This document shows positions 16,850 to 26,825 of a stretch of 64,000 nucleotides of DNA, in pieces (the stretch's first letter is position 1; each line of letters opens with the position of its first letter). The stretch is from assembly GCA_964431135.1 (NCBI GenBank), contig CAYSIN010000003.1, positions 3,182-67,181 of the forward strand. The letters run 5' to 3'. Below the pieces are notes generated by a model. It had not been told where the DNA came from and did no database searches. It was given only the letters and a program-made list of their open reading frames with translations. The translations under genes and the position numbers were made by a program. The DNA comes from an uncultured Bacteroidales bacterium (GTDB lineage Bacteria; Bacteroidota; Bacteroidia; Bacteroidales; GWA2-32-17).

Positions 16850-18487
16850 TTATATTTCATCCAATTCTTTGTTGATGATAAAATATGCACTGGCTTTTTG
16901 AAAGTAGTCGAAAGGGTGACGTTCGGGATGTGAAGGTATATCAATTAAATTTGGATGTGCCTTGCCGTTATATAGTTTTACATGCGTCCAGTCTATTCCT
17001 AAAAACTGACCTTCGCATAAGCGTTGATGGTATTCCTTATCGTCGGAACTTGTTTCAAAAGAGAACGACTGGTTGTTGGTATCATACGTTTCTATCCATG
17101 CATGATTGTAATAAGCACTGATAATATTTCCTTCGCCGTTATAAAAGCGAGGAATTTTATACCCACCTACTGACTGGCATGACAGTTTATTCAAACTCAT
17201 TAAAATCATAATAAGTGAGGTATAATCACCACATGAGCCGTAACCATCTTTCAAAACTTCGACAAACGAAGTAGCATACGTATTTTTTCGATAATACAAT
17301 TTTGAAAAAATAGTATTTCTGATTTTTAAAAGTTTGGTTATACTGTTCAAATTTTCTTCTAACAAAAACCGGTCGAAATAATGATTGGTTACATCAAGTT
17401 CTGATTTTTCTTCTTCGGTTAATAAATCTTTGTCCGAAAGTTTAAATTCAGTATTATTTAAAATGGTTGTTTTTACGCTTTGAAGTCTTAATCGGGCTTT
17501 GTATCCTATGGCATGTAAATCGGTAGATTTATTTTTTATTTCATAACGGGCATATGGCAACTTGTTTTTTTCAATAATATTGAATTCCAATCCCAATGGT
17601 GCTACGTCTAATAATTGTTGATGTTTGGTCGGAGGTGGCAATGCAATATCAATGGTCATGGGGAGTTTACTTTCAGCAATACGATTAAAAAAGTGTTCTT
17701 CGTAAAAAAAATCTACTTCAAAAGCGTTGGTATAAGTGGTTACCATATTTTCAGCCTGTTCAATTCTAATTTTCAAAGGATGAAAAAAAGGTTTTTGTTC
17801 TTGCCAGCAATTGTTGTCGTATCCAACTTCATTAACGAGTCCACTATATAAAATATACAATTCATGGCTGTCCCATATTTGTCCAATAGGGTCTATAAAC
17901 GGACAAATGGCTTCCCATACAAGTTTTCCATCGGTTGTATATTTTCTTAAAACATTTTCTTCCGAATCGGTTATAAACAAATGATGTTCATTAATGGTCA
18001 ATGAAGCATTACCTATTCCTTTTACTTCAAAAGAATTTTGTAAAGTAAAGGTGTGGTCGTGAATTTCAAAAACAGAAATGGTAGAATCGCTACGTTGATA
18101 AGTAAACAGACGATTTTCAACTAGGGTAAGGGCATTTATTTCTACAGGGAAATCGCATTCGCTGATATATTGAAAAGTTTCAGCATCAAAAAAAAGAATG
18201 GCTTTCTTTTCGGGTGAATAAGCAATAAGTTGATGATTGATACAAGCAATGCCGATTAAATTTTCCCATGCTTTGGTATTTTCATGGTTTAATTGAATAA
18301 GGCTGCATGTCTCGAGATGATAGGAAAAAACACAGCCATTTTTGTTATTGAAAATTAGAATGGTGTTTTTTTGATTTTGGCAGGTAAAAATATAACGCTG
18401 TTTTATATGAGGTTTTACCGTAATGGTTCCGTCATAGTTTTCCTTTACCATATCGAATTTGTTGAGCGGAATATAATGTATTTTCAT
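16850..18487 (-). CDS. Transglutaminase-like cysteine protease-fold protein with a long repeat-like N-terminal region
   Basis: 545 aa with no signal peptide. The C-terminal transglutaminase core has Cys in YGSCGDYTS and His/Asp in YYNHAWIETYD. The N-terminal about 230 aa has a repeated beta-strand character, possibly propeller-like. Confidence 0.7.
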   Translation of the reverse strand: MKIHYIPLNKFDMVKENYDGTITVKPHIKQRYIFTCQNQKNTILIFNNKNGCVFSYHLETCSLIQLNHENTKAWENLIGIACINHQLIAYSPEKKAILFFDAETFQYISECDFPVEINALTLVENRLFTYQRSDSTISVFEIHDHTFTLQNSFEVKGIGNASLTINEHHLFITDSEENVLRKYTTDGKLVWEAICPFIDPIGQIWDSHELYILYSGLVNEVGYDNNCWQEQKPFFHPLKIRIEQAENMVTTYTNAFEVDFFYEEHFFNRIAESKLPMTIDIALPPPTKHQQLLDVAPLGLEFNIIEKNKLPYARYEIKNKSTDLHAIGYKARLRLQSVKTTILNNTEFKLSDKDLLTEEEKSELDVTNHYFDRFLLEENLNSITKLLKIRNTIFSKLYYRKNTYATSFVEVLKDGYGSCGDYTSLIMILMSLNKLSCQSVGGYKIPRFYNGEGNIISAYYNHAWIETYDTNNQSFSFETSSDDKEYHQRLCEGQFLGIDWTHVKLYNGKAHPNLIDIPSHPERHPFDYFQKASAYFIINKELDEI

Positions 18488-18498
18488 AGAAAATTTAT

Positions 18499-19695
18499 TT
18501 ATTCAACGATAGTAAACAAGTTATCTTCGGGACACCAAATCAGTAAATGACTGCCAGTAACGATTTCGTTGGATGGCAGGTTGTTCCACTTTTTTATATC
18601 ATCAGGCGAGCAGCGAAATGCAATGGCTAATTTGGTCAAATAGTCTCCTTTTTTTACAGTATAGGTAATGGCTCGTTTGTTATTTTGCGAAGTCAATAAT
18701 TGTTGATTGGGCAGTTCGTGTTTAAGAATGGATTTGCTTTGTTTAATAAAATCGGCTATTTTGTCTGACGGTAAAATTAAAGGAACGGATGAATTCTGTT
18801 TGGGAATATAATCTTGTTTGTATGCAGGGTTTAAAAACCGTAACGTTTCCAACGGTATATTTAAAATGGAAGAAATATCATTAAAATATAAAGGTTGATT
18901 AATGAGCACTGTGTCGGCTTGATGAAAATAAATTGTATTTTCTTCGGAGGTTAATTGAAAATAATCTTTTGAAAAGTTCATCAGATAAACGGCAGCAATA
19001 AAGGCGGGCACATAATTTTGCGTTTCGATGGGTAAATAAGGTTTTATTTCCCAGAATGTAGATTTTCCGCCACTGCGAATAATGGCATTTTTGATTACGC
19101 TTGGACCACCATTGTATGCGGCTATGGCAAGTTGCCAATCGTTATACATATTAAAGAGATATTCCAGATATTGACAAGCCGCTTCGGTAGATTTGATAGG
19201 GTCACGACGTTCATCAATCAATGAGGTAACTTTTAGATTGAGCAATTGAGCCGTAGGAAGCAGAAACTGCCATAAGCCAACAGCACCTGATTTACTTCGA
19301 GCAAAAGGATTTAATCCCGATTCAACTACGGCAAGGTATTTCAGTTCCATAGGCAGTTGATATTTGTCTAAACACGTTTCGAATATGGGAAAGTAATAGG
19401 AACTCATGGCTAAAGAACGTGTAATAACATCACTGCGCTTAGTTAAAAAATATTCAATGTATTTTTTTACATCGTTGTTAAATTCAAGATGAATGGGTGT
19501 TTGAAAATTGAGTTCTGTTAAGCGAGATTCTATAGTCAATTCGTTAAAAGAAATAAACGTATCCGTTTCAATGGGAGTTGTATAATTGTTTGTTTTATGA
19601 ATGAAAGGCTGGTTGTCAACATAAGCATTAGGTGGCTGACTATATAACATGGAAGAGATAAACCATGCCAAACAACAAATTACAAATTTATTCAT
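18499..19695 (-). CDS. Lytic transglycosylase (SLT domain) with C-terminal LysM domain
   Basis: 398 aa with a signal peptide. SLT motifs are AVVESGLNP, SGAVGLWQF and AYNGGP. The LysM domain reads YTVKKGDYLTKLAIAFRCSPDDIKKWNNL. Confidence 0.85.
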   Translation of the reverse strand: MNKFVICCLAWFISSMLYSQPPNAYVDNQPFIHKTNNYTTPIETDTFISFNELTIESRLTELNFQTPIHLEFNNDVKKYIEYFLTKRSDVITRSLAMSSYYFPIFETCLDKYQLPMELKYLAVVESGLNPFARSKSGAVGLWQFLLPTAQLLNLKVTSLIDERRDPIKSTEAACQYLEYLFNMYNDWQLAIAAYNGGPSVIKNAIIRSGGKSTFWEIKPYLPIETQNYVPAFIAAVYLMNFSKDYFQLTSEENTIYFHQADTVLINQPLYFNDISSILNIPLETLRFLNPAYKQDYIPKQNSSVPLILPSDKIADFIKQSKSILKHELPNQQLLTSQNNKRAITYTVKKGDYLTKLAIAFRCSPDDIKKWNNLPSNEIVTGSHLLIWCPEDNLFTIVE

Positions 19696-19790
19696 AACTA
19701 TATATAATAATATATTATAAAATTAAAGAGTATCCAAATTCCATAAAGTGGGGAAAATAAAAAGTAATTAACCGCCTATGTAATTAAATA

Positions 19791-20228
19791 TCAATAACGT
19801 GTTAATATACTATGGCAAAAATCGGATATAACATGTGCATGGTCAAAGGCTAAAGGAGGGAGTTCTGAAAGTGAAAACCACGTTGCATGTTCAGCGTCGT
19901 CGCCATGTTGAGGTGGAATTAATTTAGAAATTATGGCATAATAAACAATGCTAATGGTTCTGCCACGTGGGTCTCTATTGGGTTTATCATAAATGCCAAA
20001 AAATGTCAGTTTATTTAATTTAATGCCGGTTTCTTCTTCCAGTTCGCGCAGTGCAGTATCATGCAATAGTTCATCTATGTTCATAAAACCACCGGGCAAA
20101 GCCCAATGATGTTGAAAAGGTGGATTTTTTCTTTTGATTAACAAAATTTGTTGAAAAGGTTTTGTATCTGCGATTAATATAATGTCGGCAGCAACGGCAG
20201 GGCGGGGATATTCGTAGGTGAAAGACAT
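19791..20228 (-). CDS. NUDIX hydrolase
   Basis: 145 aa with a Nudix box GGFMNIDELLHDTALRELEEETGI. Confidence 0.85.
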   Translation of the reverse strand: MSFTYEYPRPAVAADIILIADTKPFQQILLIKRKNPPFQHHWALPGGFMNIDELLHDTALRELEEETGIKLNKLTFFGIYDKPNRDPRGRTISIVYYAIISKLIPPQHGDDAEHATWFSLSELPPLAFDHAHVISDFCHSILTRY

Positions 20229-20235
20229 AAAAACT

Positions 20236-20988
20236 TTACTTTATTTCATAGCGGCAACTTTTTATTAGTTGTATGCTATTGTAATCATTTATATCTGAAA
20301 ATTCAAATTGCCAAAGTGAATAATATTTCCCTTTTTTTTCGAAAAACACTGTTTTTACTTTTTTATTTGTATAGTGCGACCATAGTCGAAAGGGATAATA
20401 TAACTGACGAATGATGGCATTATTTGTTTTATTGTTTTTTGCTTCTATTAATACTACTTGATTTTTTCCTTCATAACCAGCGTCAACTTCTGTTTGAACA
20501 CTTTCAACAGTTAATTGTTGCTTGCCAACTATGAAAGAAAATGGAGGTGTGTATTTTCTTCCACGAATTGTCAATACAAGTGTGGGATCTTCTAAAAATG
20601 TTCTCACTAAACTTGAAGCGTATGCATAGTCAAGGTGTTGCATTTCTGAACTACCTATAAGTGAGGTGTCTAATATGAAATCTAATTTTGAAGAATAAAC
20701 TTTTGTAGTAGTTTTAATTTCTGGAATGTCAATATATCCTTCTCCTTTAATAATAGCATATTCCCCATTTTTTACGGGCAAAAGAAATAATCCTTTATCA
20801 ACAAAAATCTGAGGTCTGTGTTTTTGAGAATCCTGGTAACAAAGAATACGAACTTCTTTCTCACCGGTTTTTTGGAAATGTGCTGTCGCATCTTTTATCA
20901 TTTTTGCAGAAATGATGAATGGTGTTTTATTAAAATCATGATCATTAATTTTATAGGTATCAAAAATAGTTTTCCAAGAATTGTTCAT
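20236..20988 (-). CDS. Putative type II restriction endonuclease (PD-(D/E)xK-like), partner of the adjacent methyltransferase
   Basis: 250 aa, located 3 nt downstream of the methyltransferase gene on the same strand. It has a candidate catalytic motif EVD-x13-LIEAK. I do not recognise the family. Confidence 0.5.
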   Translation of the reverse strand: MNNSWKTIFDTYKINDHDFNKTPFIISAKMIKDATAHFQKTGEKEVRILCYQDSQKHRPQIFVDKGLFLLPVKNGEYAIIKGEGYIDIPEIKTTTKVYSSKLDFILDTSLIGSSEMQHLDYAYASSLVRTFLEDPTLVLTIRGRKYTPPFSFIVGKQQLTVESVQTEVDAGYEGKNQVVLIEAKNNKTNNAIIRQLYYPFRLWSHYTNKKVKTVFFEKKGKYYSLWQFEFSDINDYNSIQLIKSCRYEIK

Positions 20989-20991
20989 AAG

Positions 20992-21867
20992 TTAAAATAG
21001 ATTGGTTTCGTCATTAATATTAAGTCTTTTTAAAGTAAGGTCTATATATTCTTTGTTAATATCAATTCCAATATATTTTCTATTCCCTATTATTTTAGAT
21101 GCAATACCCGTTGTTCCGCTACCGTTAAATGGATCAAGTATAATGCTTCCTTCAATAGTAGAAGAAAGGATGATACGTTTTAATAAAGCAAGCGGTTTTT
21201 GAGTTGGGTGTTTTCCAAACACTTTTTCATTTATTGGTGGTGTGGGAATGCTCCATACGCTTCTCATTTGCTTATTGGGAAATTTTATTTTATCTTCTGA
21301 AAATGTTCCCATTTTCATTTTTTCATAATTAAAAATATGCTTGGCTTTTTTATCTTTTTTTGCCCAAATCAAGGTTTCATGACTATGAGCAAATGTCGTA
21401 CATGCCAAATTTGGTGCAGCATTGGGCTTGTACCAAACGATATCATTAAGAATGTGAAAATTTAATTTTTGAAGTAAATAACCACAAAGATAAATACTAT
21501 GATTTGTTCCACTAATCCATATAGTGCCTTCGGGTTTTAAAATTCTTCGACATTCACTTATCCATTTTTCATGAAATAATAAATCATTTTTAAATCCATT
21601 TGATTTATCCCAATTCCCCTTATTGACAGAAACCATTTTTCCAGCATGGCAAGTAATTCCATTATTTGAAAGTAAGTAAGGAGGATCGGCAAATATCATA
21701 TCAATATAATTGTCAGGAAAACGTTTCATTATCTCTATGCAATCTGCATTATATAATGCAAAATCATCGGTTTTAAATACAGGTTTAATAGGTTGATTAT
21801 AGGGTTTACTTGTAATATATGTTACAAGATTTTCAAACACTTTATTTTCCTCTACATTATTTCGCAT
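20992..21867 (-). CDS. Site-specific DNA methyltransferase, beta-class N6/N4 type (PF01555-like), probably m6A
   Basis: 291 aa. Motif IV (DMIFADPPYLL) precedes motif I (LDPFNGSGTTG), as in beta-class enzymes. GKHPTQKP is conserved. The overall pattern resembles the DpnA/MboI-C-type enzymes as I recall them. The target sequence cannot be inferred. Confidence 0.9.
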   Translation of the reverse strand: MRNNVEENKVFENLVTYITSKPYNQPIKPVFKTDDFALYNADCIEIMKRFPDNYIDMIFADPPYLLSNNGITCHAGKMVSVNKGNWDKSNGFKNDLLFHEKWISECRRILKPEGTIWISGTNHSIYLCGYLLQKLNFHILNDIVWYKPNAAPNLACTTFAHSHETLIWAKKDKKAKHIFNYEKMKMGTFSEDKIKFPNKQMRSVWSIPTPPINEKVFGKHPTQKPLALLKRIILSSTIEGSIILDPFNGSGTTGIASKIIGNRKYIGIDINKEYIDLTLKRLNINDETNLF

Positions 21868-21900
21868 CGTTAATTTATTGAGAAAATATATATAAACTCC

Positions 21901-22449
21901 TTATTTTACCAGTGATTGTAATTTTTCTTCGAGGTCGCTACCTCTAAGATTTTTGGCAACGATGATGCCATTACCGTCAATAAGCCAGTTTGTTGGTATT
22001 CCCAATACACCATATTTTTTGGCTGCTTCCGAATCCCAATATTTCAAGTCACTGACATGATTATCCCATATAAGGCTATCTGTTTGAATAGCCCTTTTCC
22101 AACGGTCGGCATTATTATCAAGCGAAACGCTGTAAACAGTAAAACCTTTGCCACCGTTGAATTTTTTATCTTTATATTTTTTGTAAGCACTTACAACATT
22201 TGGATTTTCACGACGACAGGGACCGCACCATGAAGCCCAAAAGTCGATTAATACCATTTTTCCTTTGAGTGAACTCAATGCTATTGTTTTTCCATCTGGA
22301 TTTTTGAGTTTGATTTCTGGTGCCTTATTGCCTATTTCTGTTCCTTCTACAACTTTGCTTTTTGTTTGCTGTGATGTTCTTGCCGAAGGTTTGGCAAAAA
22401 AACTTACTGCTATGAGTGCCGTTAAAAGAATTAATGATACATTTTTCAT
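21901..22449 (-). CDS. TlpA-like thiol:disulfide oxidoreductase (thioredoxin fold, secreted)
   Basis: 182 aa with a signal peptide and motif DFWASWCGPCRRENP. Confidence 0.85.
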   Translation of the reverse strand: MKNVSLILLTALIAVSFFAKPSARTSQQTKSKVVEGTEIGNKAPEIKLKNPDGKTIALSSLKGKMVLIDFWASWCGPCRRENPNVVSAYKKYKDKKFNGGKGFTVYSVSLDNNADRWKRAIQTDSLIWDNHVSDLKYWDSEAAKKYGVLGIPTNWLIDGNGIIVAKNLRGSDLEEKLQSLVK

Positions 22450-22461
22450 ATACAGGTTAAT

Positions 22462-23769
22462 TTAAATTCGTTGAATATGAGCACCTATGTTGTTTAACCG
22501 TTGGTCAATGTTCAAATAACCGCGGTCAATTTGTTCAATATTATGAATTTTACTGGTCCCTTTTGCCGAAAGAGCAGCGATAAGAAGTGCTACTCCTGCA
22601 CGAATATCGGGAGAACTCATTTCGGTAGCATGTAAAGGAATACGTCGGTCGTGACCGATAACGATAGCGCGGTGCGGGTCGCAAAGTATGATTTGTGCTC
22701 CCATTTCTATCAATCTATCCACGAAGAACAAGCGGCTTTCAAACATTTTTTGATGAATGAGTACGCTGCCTTTGGCTTGAATGGCTACTACCAGAAAAAT
22801 ACTCAGCAAATCGGGACTAAGTCCAGGCCAGATAGCATCGGCAATAGTTAGAATAGAACCATCGAGATAGGTTTCTATTTCGTAATGTTCTAATGCAGGA
22901 ATATGAATATCGTCTTCGTTGCAAAATTCAATGGGAATACCTAATTTTGTAAACGATTGTGGAATAATGCCGAGATGTGGTATGCCAGCATTTTTAATGG
23001 TAATATCGCTTTGAGTAAGTGCTGCCAATCCAATAAAACTGCCAACTTCTATCATATCGGGCAAAATTTTGTGAGATGTTCCGTGAAGTGCAGAAACTCC
23101 TTTTATAGTAAGCAGGTTGGAGCCAACTCCTTCGATGCAAGCCCCCATAGCATTTAATAGTTTGCAAAGTTGCTGAATATACGGTTCACAAGCGGCATTA
23201 AATATAGTTGTTATTCCTTCGGCAAGCACAGAAGCCATGATGATGTTGGCTGTTCCTGTAACAGATGCTTCATCCAGTAACATAGATGTGCCTTTCAGTT
23301 TTTTTGCCTTGACCGTAAATAAACTGAGACTGGGATTAAATGTTGAAATGGCTCCCAGTTTTTCAAATCCAAAAAAGTGAGTATCCAAATGCCGCCGTCC
23401 TATTTTATCGCCACCCGGTTTAGGTATTACGGCATAGCCAAAACGAGCCAAAAGAGGTCCAGCAACCATGATAGAGCCTCGCAGTTTAGCGGCTTTATCG
23501 TAAAAATCGTTGGAGTTTATATAATCAATATTGATATTTTTTGCGTTGTAAGTGTATTTTCCCTCTTCCAGTTTATGAATTTCTACTCCCATTGTTTGGA
23601 GCAATTCGTTTAATTTAATCACATCAAGAATTTCAGGAATATTTTCAATGGTAATAGTTTCGTTGGTTAGCAATGTAGCACAAATAACCTGCAATGCCTC
23701 GTTTTTAGCACCTTTAGGTTCAATTTCACCATACAACGGATGTTCACCTTCAACTAAAAAAATACCCAT
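22462..23769 (-). CDS. murA: UDP-N-acetylglucosamine 1-carboxyvinyltransferase
   Basis: 435 aa with a typical MurA pattern throughout (GAKNEALQ..., KLRGS..., PGGDKIGRR, DIRAGVALLIAAL). Confidence 0.95.
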   Translation of the reverse strand: MGIFLVEGEHPLYGEIEPKGAKNEALQVICATLLTNETITIENIPEILDVIKLNELLQTMGVEIHKLEEGKYTYNAKNINIDYINSNDFYDKAAKLRGSIMVAGPLLARFGYAVIPKPGGDKIGRRHLDTHFFGFEKLGAISTFNPSLSLFTVKAKKLKGTSMLLDEASVTGTANIIMASVLAEGITTIFNAACEPYIQQLCKLLNAMGACIEGVGSNLLTIKGVSALHGTSHKILPDMIEVGSFIGLAALTQSDITIKNAGIPHLGIIPQSFTKLGIPIEFCNEDDIHIPALEHYEIETYLDGSILTIADAIWPGLSPDLLSIFLVVAIQAKGSVLIHQKMFESRLFFVDRLIEMGAQIILCDPHRAIVIGHDRRIPLHATEMSSPDIRAGVALLIAALSAKGTSKIHNIEQIDRGYLNIDQRLNNIGAHIQRI

Positions 23770-23771
23770 CG

Positions 23772-24371
23772 TTATCTGCGTTTGATTTTACGTTTCTTGT
23801 TTTTATGTAAAATGTCGCTGGTTTCGTTTAGTTTTACATTTGGAATAAGCATTTCGTTATCGTTAGCCATTTTGCGTATATCGGACATAATTTGCTCGTC
23901 GCTAACGGCTTCTTTGTTGAAAAGCAAGTATTGTTTTTTCATGTGATTGGCAAGGTTAATCAACATTTCTTGCTTTTCGGGTGTTTCGGGTATTTGAGAA
24001 AGTTGCTTTGCCATCATTTCCGAAATATTTCCATAATGCTTGAGTTGTGTATTCTTGGATGGATAATCCAACTTTTTTTTGTATTTGGTAAAATCTTCCT
24101 TTTTATAAATTTCAACTGGGTAATCTATATCCAATTCATAGTTGGATATTTGAGCCAATTGATTCCATAATTTTATTTTCTGTTCCTGACTATCTTTCAG
24201 ATGTGGTGGAAAATTAGCCATTATTTGAACCACTATTTCTGATAGTCGTGTCCGTTCAGATTTGTCCGGAATAGTTTTTATGTAATCTACCAAATTTTGA
24301 ATATGTCTTCCATATTCAGGAAGATGCAATGGCTCTCGCATAGTGTTGTAATATTGTTTTTTGTCAATCAT
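23772..24371 (-). CDS. DUF4290-family protein
   Basis: 199 aa. YNTMREPLHLPEYGRHIQNLVDYI matches the family that commonly sits just upstream of murA in Bacteroidota. The tail is basic. Confidence 0.7.
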   Translation of the reverse strand: MIDKKQYYNTMREPLHLPEYGRHIQNLVDYIKTIPDKSERTRLSEIVVQIMANFPPHLKDSQEQKIKLWNQLAQISNYELDIDYPVEIYKKEDFTKYKKKLDYPSKNTQLKHYGNISEMMAKQLSQIPETPEKQEMLINLANHMKKQYLLFNKEAVSDEQIMSDIRKMANDNEMLIPNVKLNETSDILHKNKKRKIKRR

Positions 24372-26670
24372 TATTTAGAACAGTTAGTTTTGCATATTTT
24401 AACAACAATTGTTTTTGACCACTCAAATCAAACTGAATAAGTGCTCGTGTATTGGGTGCATTTCCTTCAACTCTTAACACCAATCCTTTGCCAAATCGCT
24501 CATGGCTAATTCTGATGCCTTCTCTAATTTGAGACATTTCGTGTAGTTCAGTAGCAGAAGTTTGTTTTGAATTAATTTCTTTCAAAGGTACGAATTTTTT
24601 TTCTAACGATGGTAATTTAATAGGTGATTTTATATTATTGTTACTAATTGTTTTTCGGTTGTGTACATTAAATGAAAAGGAGTCTTCAACTTGTTCAAAG
24701 GATATATTGAGGTATTGCGGGTCTATATCGTTAATAAAAGAGGATGGCTCACTAAATTGGCGATTGCCCCATATTTGTCTTTGTTCGGTAAAGGTTATAA
24801 ATACTTTTTGCTTGGCGCGTGTGAGTGCTACATAAAAAAGCCTTCGTTCTTCTTCAAAATTCTGTTCGTTCATGGAATGAAACGAGAGTGGAAAAAGATT
24901 TTTTTCGGCACCGGCAATAAAAATTATTTCAAATTCCAAACCTTTGGATGCATGGGCTGTCATCAACGTTACTTTTTCTGTTGGAGAATCCTTATCCGAT
25001 TGTTCGTCAATAGTACTTAGCAACGAAACATGGTCAAGGAAGTCCTGAATAAATGGTTTTTTCTGATAATTTTCTTCAAAACTCTGTTCAAAATCCTTAA
25101 TACTGTTGACGAGTTCCTGAATATTTTCCTTTCGAGTAAAGCCTTCGGCTGATTTTTCTTTTTCCAGTTCACTTAAAATTCCGCTTTTCTTTAACAGCAT
25201 ATCTATAAAAACGAAAGCACTGACTGAAGTCGCCAAATCGGATAATTTATTTATCAGTAATACGAATGGATGTAATTTGTGATAGAATGTATCGCTAACT
25301 ATTTCGTGCAATTTATTGTCATCGGATAAAATTTGCCACATACTTGTATTATCTTGGATGGCGTTGGTTTGAATTTTTTCAAGCGTAGTAGGCCCTATAC
25401 CGCGTAAGGGAAAATTAATGATTCGTTTTAATGCTTCTTCATCGTTATGGTTCAAAGATAAACGGGTATATGCCAATACATCTTTTATTTCCTTACGCTG
25501 ATAAAACGATAAACTTCCATATATTCTATAAGGTATATTAAAACGTCTGAATGCATCTTCCAATACGCGAGACTGAGCATTGATACGATAAAGCACGGCT
25601 ATTTCGTTATACGATATTTTTTTGTCGTTATGAAGGTCGGAGGCAATCTTGGCAATGAGATACGCTTCTTCTGTTTCGGTAACGCCTTTCAGAACATCAA
25701 TTTTTTCACCCTGATGGTTATTGCTGAAAATTATTTTTGGAATACGCCCCGCATTATGATTTATTAGGCTGTTAGATGCGTTTACAATGGTTTTGGTAGA
25801 GCGATAATTTTGTTCCAGTTTGAATAGTTGGTGTTGAGGGTAATCTTTTTGAAAATTTAGAATATTTTCGATACGTGCACCACGAAACGAATATATGCTT
25901 TGTGAATCGTCGCCTACTACACACAAGTTTTGATGTGTTTGCGATAATTTATAAACTATCAGGTATTGTGCATAGTTAGTATCTTGATATTCATCTACTA
26001 AAATGTAGTCAAACAGATTTTGATATTTTTCCAATACATCTGGAAAATTTTGAAATAATATATTGGTGTATAAGAGCAAATCGTCAAAATCCATAGCATT
26101 GGCTGTTGCAAGGCGACGCTGATATAATTCAAATATTTGCCACAAGTTTTCAACCTTATGTTTTCTATCCAAATCCAACATTTGTTTATCGTTTTTATAT
26201 TGTTCGGGAGTGCATAGATTGTTTTTTGCCTTGCTGATTCGAGAATGAATATCGTTGGGTTTGTAATGGTCAGTATCCAGCGATAATTCTTTGGTAATGC
26301 TTTTTATAAGGCTACGGCTGTCGTCCGTATCGTATATGGTAAAGTTAGAATTAAAATGAAGTTTTTCGGCTTCATCTTTTAATATTCTTCGGAATATACT
26401 GTGAAATGTACCCATCCATAAGTTGCGCGTAGCCTTATAGGAAACCATTTGCGATATACGTTCTTTCATCTCATTGGCTGCTTTGTTGGTAAAGGTAAGT
26501 GCCATGATGCGGGCAGGATGTATATGTTGTTCCAGCATATAGGCAATTCGATTTGTCAATACACGCGTTTTACCAGCACCTGCACCCGCAATAATAAGTG
26601 TTGGACCATTATAATGAATGACGGCTTCTTTCTGGGCTTCGTTCAGTGTATCTAATATATTGTTTTTCAT
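24364..26670 (-). CDS. uvrD: ATP-dependent DNA helicase, UvrD/PcrA/Rep family
   Basis: 768 aa with Walker A GAGAGKTRVLTNRIAY. Other motifs are DEYQDTN, SIYSFRGA, QNYRST and MTAHASKGLEF..VALTRAK. Confidence 0.9.
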   Translation of the reverse strand: MKNNILDTLNEAQKEAVIHYNGPTLIIAGAGAGKTRVLTNRIAYMLEQHIHPARIMALTFTNKAANEMKERISQMVSYKATRNLWMGTFHSIFRRILKDEAEKLHFNSNFTIYDTDDSRSLIKSITKELSLDTDHYKPNDIHSRISKAKNNLCTPEQYKNDKQMLDLDRKHKVENLWQIFELYQRRLATANAMDFDDLLLYTNILFQNFPDVLEKYQNLFDYILVDEYQDTNYAQYLIVYKLSQTHQNLCVVGDDSQSIYSFRGARIENILNFQKDYPQHQLFKLEQNYRSTKTIVNASNSLINHNAGRIPKIIFSNNHQGEKIDVLKGVTETEEAYLIAKIASDLHNDKKISYNEIAVLYRINAQSRVLEDAFRRFNIPYRIYGSLSFYQRKEIKDVLAYTRLSLNHNDEEALKRIINFPLRGIGPTTLEKIQTNAIQDNTSMWQILSDDNKLHEIVSDTFYHKLHPFVLLINKLSDLATSVSAFVFIDMLLKKSGILSELEKEKSAEGFTRKENIQELVNSIKDFEQSFEENYQKKPFIQDFLDHVSLLSTIDEQSDKDSPTEKVTLMTAHASKGLEFEIIFIAGAEKNLFPLSFHSMNEQNFEEERRLFYVALTRAKQKVFITFTEQRQIWGNRQFSEPSSFINDIDPQYLNISFEQVEDSFSFNVHNRKTISNNNIKSPIKLPSLEKKFVPLKEINSKQTSATELHEMSQIREGIRISHERFGKGLVLRVEGNAPNTRALIQFDLSGQKQLLLKYAKLTVLNND

Positions 26671-26788
26671 TTTATTTCATAATAATAGAACATATAAGAA
26701 CCGTGTAATTTCTCTCTTATTTTGTTTAGTATTCAAAGATAATTATTTTAGGTATAAAAGAATAAAAAATAGAATACAATAAAGGCAT

Positions 26789-26820
26789 ATTTCTTCTATT
26801 CAAATTTCTTCTATTCAAAT
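26789..26820 (+). repeat. Tandem direct repeat, 15-nt unit ATTTCTTCTATTCAA x2 plus partial
   Basis: Positions 26789-26803 and 26804-26818 are identical, followed by AT. The repeat lies between the osmC-like stop and the helicase start. Confidence 0.8.
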
Positions 26821-26825
26821 GACTG

